The notes below the pieces were generated by a model. It was not told the DNA's origin. It was given only the letters and a program-made list of their open reading frames with translations, and searched no databases. The translations under genes and the position numbers were made by a program. A DNA stretch of 61,722 nt, filler included. It is 5 parts of 5 records of this genome, joined end to end, with 100 filler letters (N's around TTAATTAATTAA, not from the genome) between each part and the next. Parts side by side here need not be neighbours in the genome. Positions count along the whole stretch, not along the records: positions 54,548 to 61,722 come from SRR2962707_1639; 4 more parts are not named here. One strand, 5' to 3'. The stretch's first letter is position 1, and each line of letters begins with the position of its first letter. Below are positions 58,001 to 61,722 of this stretch, in pieces.

Positions 58001-59837
58001 CATTCTGTGCTTTGCCACCAACAACAACGCCGAATGGCGGAGCAGGAGTGGCGCGATGGGTAAGAAATCGTCATCGTGCAATGCCTTTTGTTAATCTCAA
58101 TTGACGCTTTGAGTTGACATTCCGCTACTGCGCCTCTGGCAGTCGGGGCTTTATTTGGCTTCAGCATATTCGAAAGAGTGGCGGTTCTTTCATGTGCGTG
58201 TGTTGACGGCCACAACATCGCGAGTGTTTTGCTGCACATCATGCTGGTGAAAGTTGTCTGAGCCTGAGATTTGAACAGTTCCCGCTTTGATACTGTATGC
58301 TTGCGTGGCGAAGGTGTGAGCTCTTTAAATTGGCTGCCCAAAATGCGCCGAATGCTCAACAGCGAGATCTTTTCTCAGCTGGAGATTTTGCGTGTATGCT
58401 CCCAACGTGGGTATCTTGCATGTTGGTGTTTCTGTTGAGTTTGAAGATTGTTCTCTGGCAACCCAAGCCATTGGATTTTTGTTGTTTTCATGGTTTGTCA
58501 TGCAGGTACGCTTTTCTGGATCTCAATCAACACTCTCCTCCCGATCGACTCCGAGCTTTGATGAAGGCCAACCATGTCCGCGTGGTCGCACAGGAATATG
58601 GCCCGCTTCCAGCTCAAGGCCTTGACTCCCCTCATCTTGTTCTTGAATCACCAGAACGATTGTATCACCAGAGCAACGAAGCGAATCAAAACGATACTTT
58701 TGATGATTGGGTTTTTGTAACGACTCTGCGTGACCCACAAAAACGAATGGAGAGCCATTTGCGGTGCGTGCTGACCGACAAGTACATCCCCACATGCGAA
58801 TAGTGTCCTCTGTGGTTGATATGGATTTTGGTGCTTGCACAGATATGCGTTTCCGCGGTGTATCACGCAGGGCGACGAGTCTATGCTACGACGGTGCATT
58901 CTTGACAACCACGACCTGGAAAGCCTGGTCGCAAAGGTTGATCCCAAGTCGGGCAAACCGATGGCCCCATACATGGAGTTCCCGTAAGTGTCCAACTAGG
59001 TGCTTTGCACTCGATCTTATCCCTGAATTCCCAACGCAATTAGTTGTTGGAACCTTTGATGCAAACACTTTAGTTTTCAATTGAAAGGATTTCGGTATTT
59101 CGACAACTACTTAACGCGAATATTGTCCGGAAATATTGAGCGTGACCACGTGTCCAGAGCAGATTTTCTGCTTGCAATTAGTCGACTTCACCGATTCTCC
59201 TCAATTTGGGACCTCAATGACCTCGACGCTACGTCAGCACAATTTTGGGCAGCTTTTTCCGGGCGACCGGATATTGGACCAAACTCAGTACGCCATCGAA
59301 TTCAATTGAGCTTGCAGGATCAACATGATTGTTAACTTGACGTTGTGATTTCAAGTCCTGCATTTTGTGGCGTTGCCAGATGAAAAACATTTGGTCTACG
59401 AACACATCTTTTGCGGGAGTGGCAACTGTGTCCCAAGACGACGTGAACGCAATGTGGACTCGATATCCAACTATTCTGACGGTCCGTTCCAATAAGGTGC
59501 TGTAAGCAGCACAATGTGCCTACGGTGACCATGTTTGTCATTCTGATAAACCTGTGTTTTATACAAAAATATATGGTCATAGGAGTGGCGGCGTCGCAAC
59601 TCGTTTGATGCTCAGTTGCATGGATATGCAACCCGCCTTGGTGAGATTTTTGATGCCCAGCACGCGTGGCGATATGGCGATGACAACCACACAAAAAGTG
59701 AAATGGCTCAACAAGGCGCGACTTGGGAGCAGGACCACACCATACTTGAAGATGAAGGTGTCTGGCTCAAAGATGCGCCAGTTCGTGATGAAAAAGTTGT
59801 ACACAACTGCCGCTCTCGGTATCGTTGGTGTGCTTGA
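55052..59837 (+). CDS. eukaryotic spliced gene: signal peptide + PAN/Apple-like + somatomedin-B + GT4-type glycosyltransferase + PAPS sulfotransferase (~1124 aa)
   Basis: Hand-built exons 55052-55911, 56007-56229, 56341-56398, 56512-56569, 56667-56940, 57050-57265, 57354-57863, 57983-58059, 58143-58193, 58314-58391, 58506-58763, 58843-58983, 59074-59287, 59380-59481, 59583-59837. All 14 introns are GT-AG and 79-120 nt. The spliced length is 3375 nt in one open frame, and motifs are restored across junctions (K|GLD, E|AFGRTIIE, HIRKSGGSFM|C). Confidence 0.75.
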
Positions 59838-60152
59838 GTGGCCGTTAATACACACGTCGGCGTTTCGAAGACGGAGATCACTGAGTAAGATGCATCGCGC
59901 AGCATTGGTCGCAACGATACTGCAACCGTAATGGTTGAAATTTATTCTCAACGCTCTCAAGTCCCTGACATCATGCCGCTCAAGAAAGTTTCATTCAAAA
60001 AAGTGGTTGCCGAGAGCCGTGAGTCCATTTCAGCTCGGTCAGCCCGAAGTTTGTCACGTTCCGCAGTCGTGGTGCGGATCTGGCGAAATAAATATGCGGT
60101 CAAGTCATGAAAAAACAAGGCCAATGGACTCCCATACGGTTGTCCACCTGCA

Positions 60153-61638
60153 TCACGCACTACCTCCGTCCAGCATCTGTGCTAAATTTACCTGTTCTTC
60201 AAGCTTGGTAATGTGGCGACTCTGTGCCTCAATTGTGCGTTCCAGTCTGGCAAGAATATCGCCGCTGGGATCAGGTGCCCTCTTCACCATTTTTTTATCT
60301 AGAGCGAAACTTCGTCCTTCAGACTGCTCTAGATGAGCACGCAAGTCGTCAAGAGAAAGACTGGGTGCAATATCAATAGCAGGTGCTGGGTCTCCTTCTG
60401 ACCACATCAGGCAATGATGTTGGAAAGGCCACAGCAAAAAAACAGAAAAGTCATATTCTGTCCTTGACACGCATACATACGAAGGAGAGAAATGTGTCCA
60501 AAACACAGTCGAATGCATACAAGACGCACGAGGGAGATCTGGGCGTCCAGAACCTCTGTCCAGGGGCAGCGGTATTGTCGCTGCTATGAGAGGCAGTGAA
60601 CCCGTGGCGGATGTTAAAACTGGTACCTCTGTGCTACGGGTGGAAGAAGAATGGGAAGCCGTAACGTGTGCGCTGGCGATCTGCGCCTTCGTGCTGCCTG
60701 TTTGTTGTTGTCCGCACAGTGCACACCCACACCTGCAGTTCTCTCGGAACTCCAAGGCAGAAACAAAGCGGAACGCAAACGACGGACTGAGGAACTCGAT
60801 AAGCCGGCCAACGAGAGGTCCTTGATGGACAGCAGCTGCACTCTCAAGCCCGTGGTTTTCGTCGCTTTTGAGAAGCTCGGCTTCATCTTCATCGCCTTCT
60901 CCGCGGGCGAGCACCACACAACAGGCGAAGCCTGGGCCCAACGTCTGCCTTTGCTGAGTACGATCAGCGTCAACACTGTCCGGAAAAAAAGCTGCACCAT
61001 CAAGCTGTGCTTGTCCACTGCCTCCACTGCGTCGCAGTGCAGCAACTTGATTCGTAGAGCCGTCGCTCCTGTGAACAACTCCTGGCGACCTAGCTTCGTG
61101 CCAGTGCAGCACTTTGGGTCCACCAACCCTCGCTCCACCACCCTCACTAATTGTGGAACGACCATTGCTACTACTTTCAGCAGCAGCTGCTGCTGTAAGA
61201 ATCGCTCCGTGCTTCTCCAAGTATCTCTGCAGCATTTCGCCCGTCTTCAAGAACAACAAGCCGACTTCCTCTGGCGAAGCCTCGGTGCCAGACGCCAGGG
61301 TGTCCCTGGCGTGCCACAAACCAACTTGTCCAGGGAAGAGAAACGTGCTCGCTCCTAGCACGTAGCGGTCGAGCCACAGCCCACGCGACTTGTTTCCCTG
61401 CTGCTGCCGGGCCATCGTTTTCGGCATCGATCACACTGCTGGGTGATTGCAACCTGCTCGCACGTCGACAACAGCCATAATAAGAGAGTGAGGGGGGCAG
61501 AGAGAAAGGAACAACAATTCAAAATCACGAAAACTGGACTCCCGAATTGAATTTCATTCACAAAGCCAGATCCTGGAAGTTCCCACAAGCGAAAGAAAGC
61601 GAAGCAAAAACACTTCAGGCAAGGCACCGTGGTTTCAT
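60153..61638 (-). CDS. eukaryotic hypothetical protein, probably spliced, with C-terminal coiled coil
   Basis: 424-codon open frame at 60153-61427 with T-rich intron-like segments; C-terminal ILARLERTIEAQSRHITKLEEQV; candidate first exon with ATG at 61638. Exon structure is unresolved. Confidence 0.4.
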
Positions 61639-61698
61639 CGTCGTCCTTCCTCCTCCTTCGAACGAAATTGTCGACACAGCCAACAACGACGACGCAGA

Positions 61699-61722
61699 CA
61701 ACAACAACAACAACAACAACAA
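61699..61722. repeat. (CAA)8 microsatellite at window end
   Basis: Direct reading. Confidence 0.85.

Noticed and set aside
54959-59837. Treating the fragmented ORFs as a bacterial pseudogene or horizontally transferred decayed gene
   Set aside because: Every interruption is bounded by GT...AG at 79-120 nt, and removal restores frame and motifs, which indicates introns.

Overview
This window is not one replicon. It is five contigs joined by identical artificial 100-nt spacers (N44-TTAATTAATTAA-N44) at 10634-10733, 35994-36093, 44546-44645 and 54448-54547. Contig 1 (1-10633, high-GC alphaproteobacterium) carries a GcvT-family oxidoreductase, a Tat-exported Acg/nitroreductase plus MarR operon with a 46-bp double-operator palindrome, an Lrp-regulated diaminopropionate ammonia-lyase/M24 peptidase/racemase cluster, a thioesterase, yaeQ, an Fe3+ ABC permease and bfd. 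Contig 2 (10734-35993, alphaproteobacterial; Parvibaculum-like by my recognition, not verified) has the core block lepB-acpS-pdxJ-pyrE-rsh-rpoZ-folK/NYN-udg-smpB-dapA-slt. It then has an accessory stretch next to tRNA-Ser(GCT) with glycine-methylation betaine synthesis genes (GSMT/SDMT), MscS, alpha-carbonic anhydrase and a UPF0126 transporter. The same stretch holds a complete tryptophan-type ribosome-dependent attenuator (leader MSATRIANGNWWTT) in front of an orphan SAM-dependent methyltransferase instead of a trp gene. Contig 3 (36094-44545) is a formate dehydrogenase gamma subunit/accessory cluster. Contig 4 (44646-54447) has pdeM, ccdA, tauE, podJ, a TRAP binding protein, liuR with its operator and an acyl-CoA dehydrogenase. 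Contig 5 (54548-61722) is eukaryotic. I could hand-splice a 15-exon, ~1124-aa gene fusing a signal peptide, a Cys-rich PAN-like module, a somatomedin-B domain, a GT4-type glycosyltransferase and a PAPS sulfotransferase. The top leads are the Trp-attenuated methyltransferase and the eukaryotic glycosyltransferase-sulfotransferase fusion. All family assignments come from motif recognition, not database searches.
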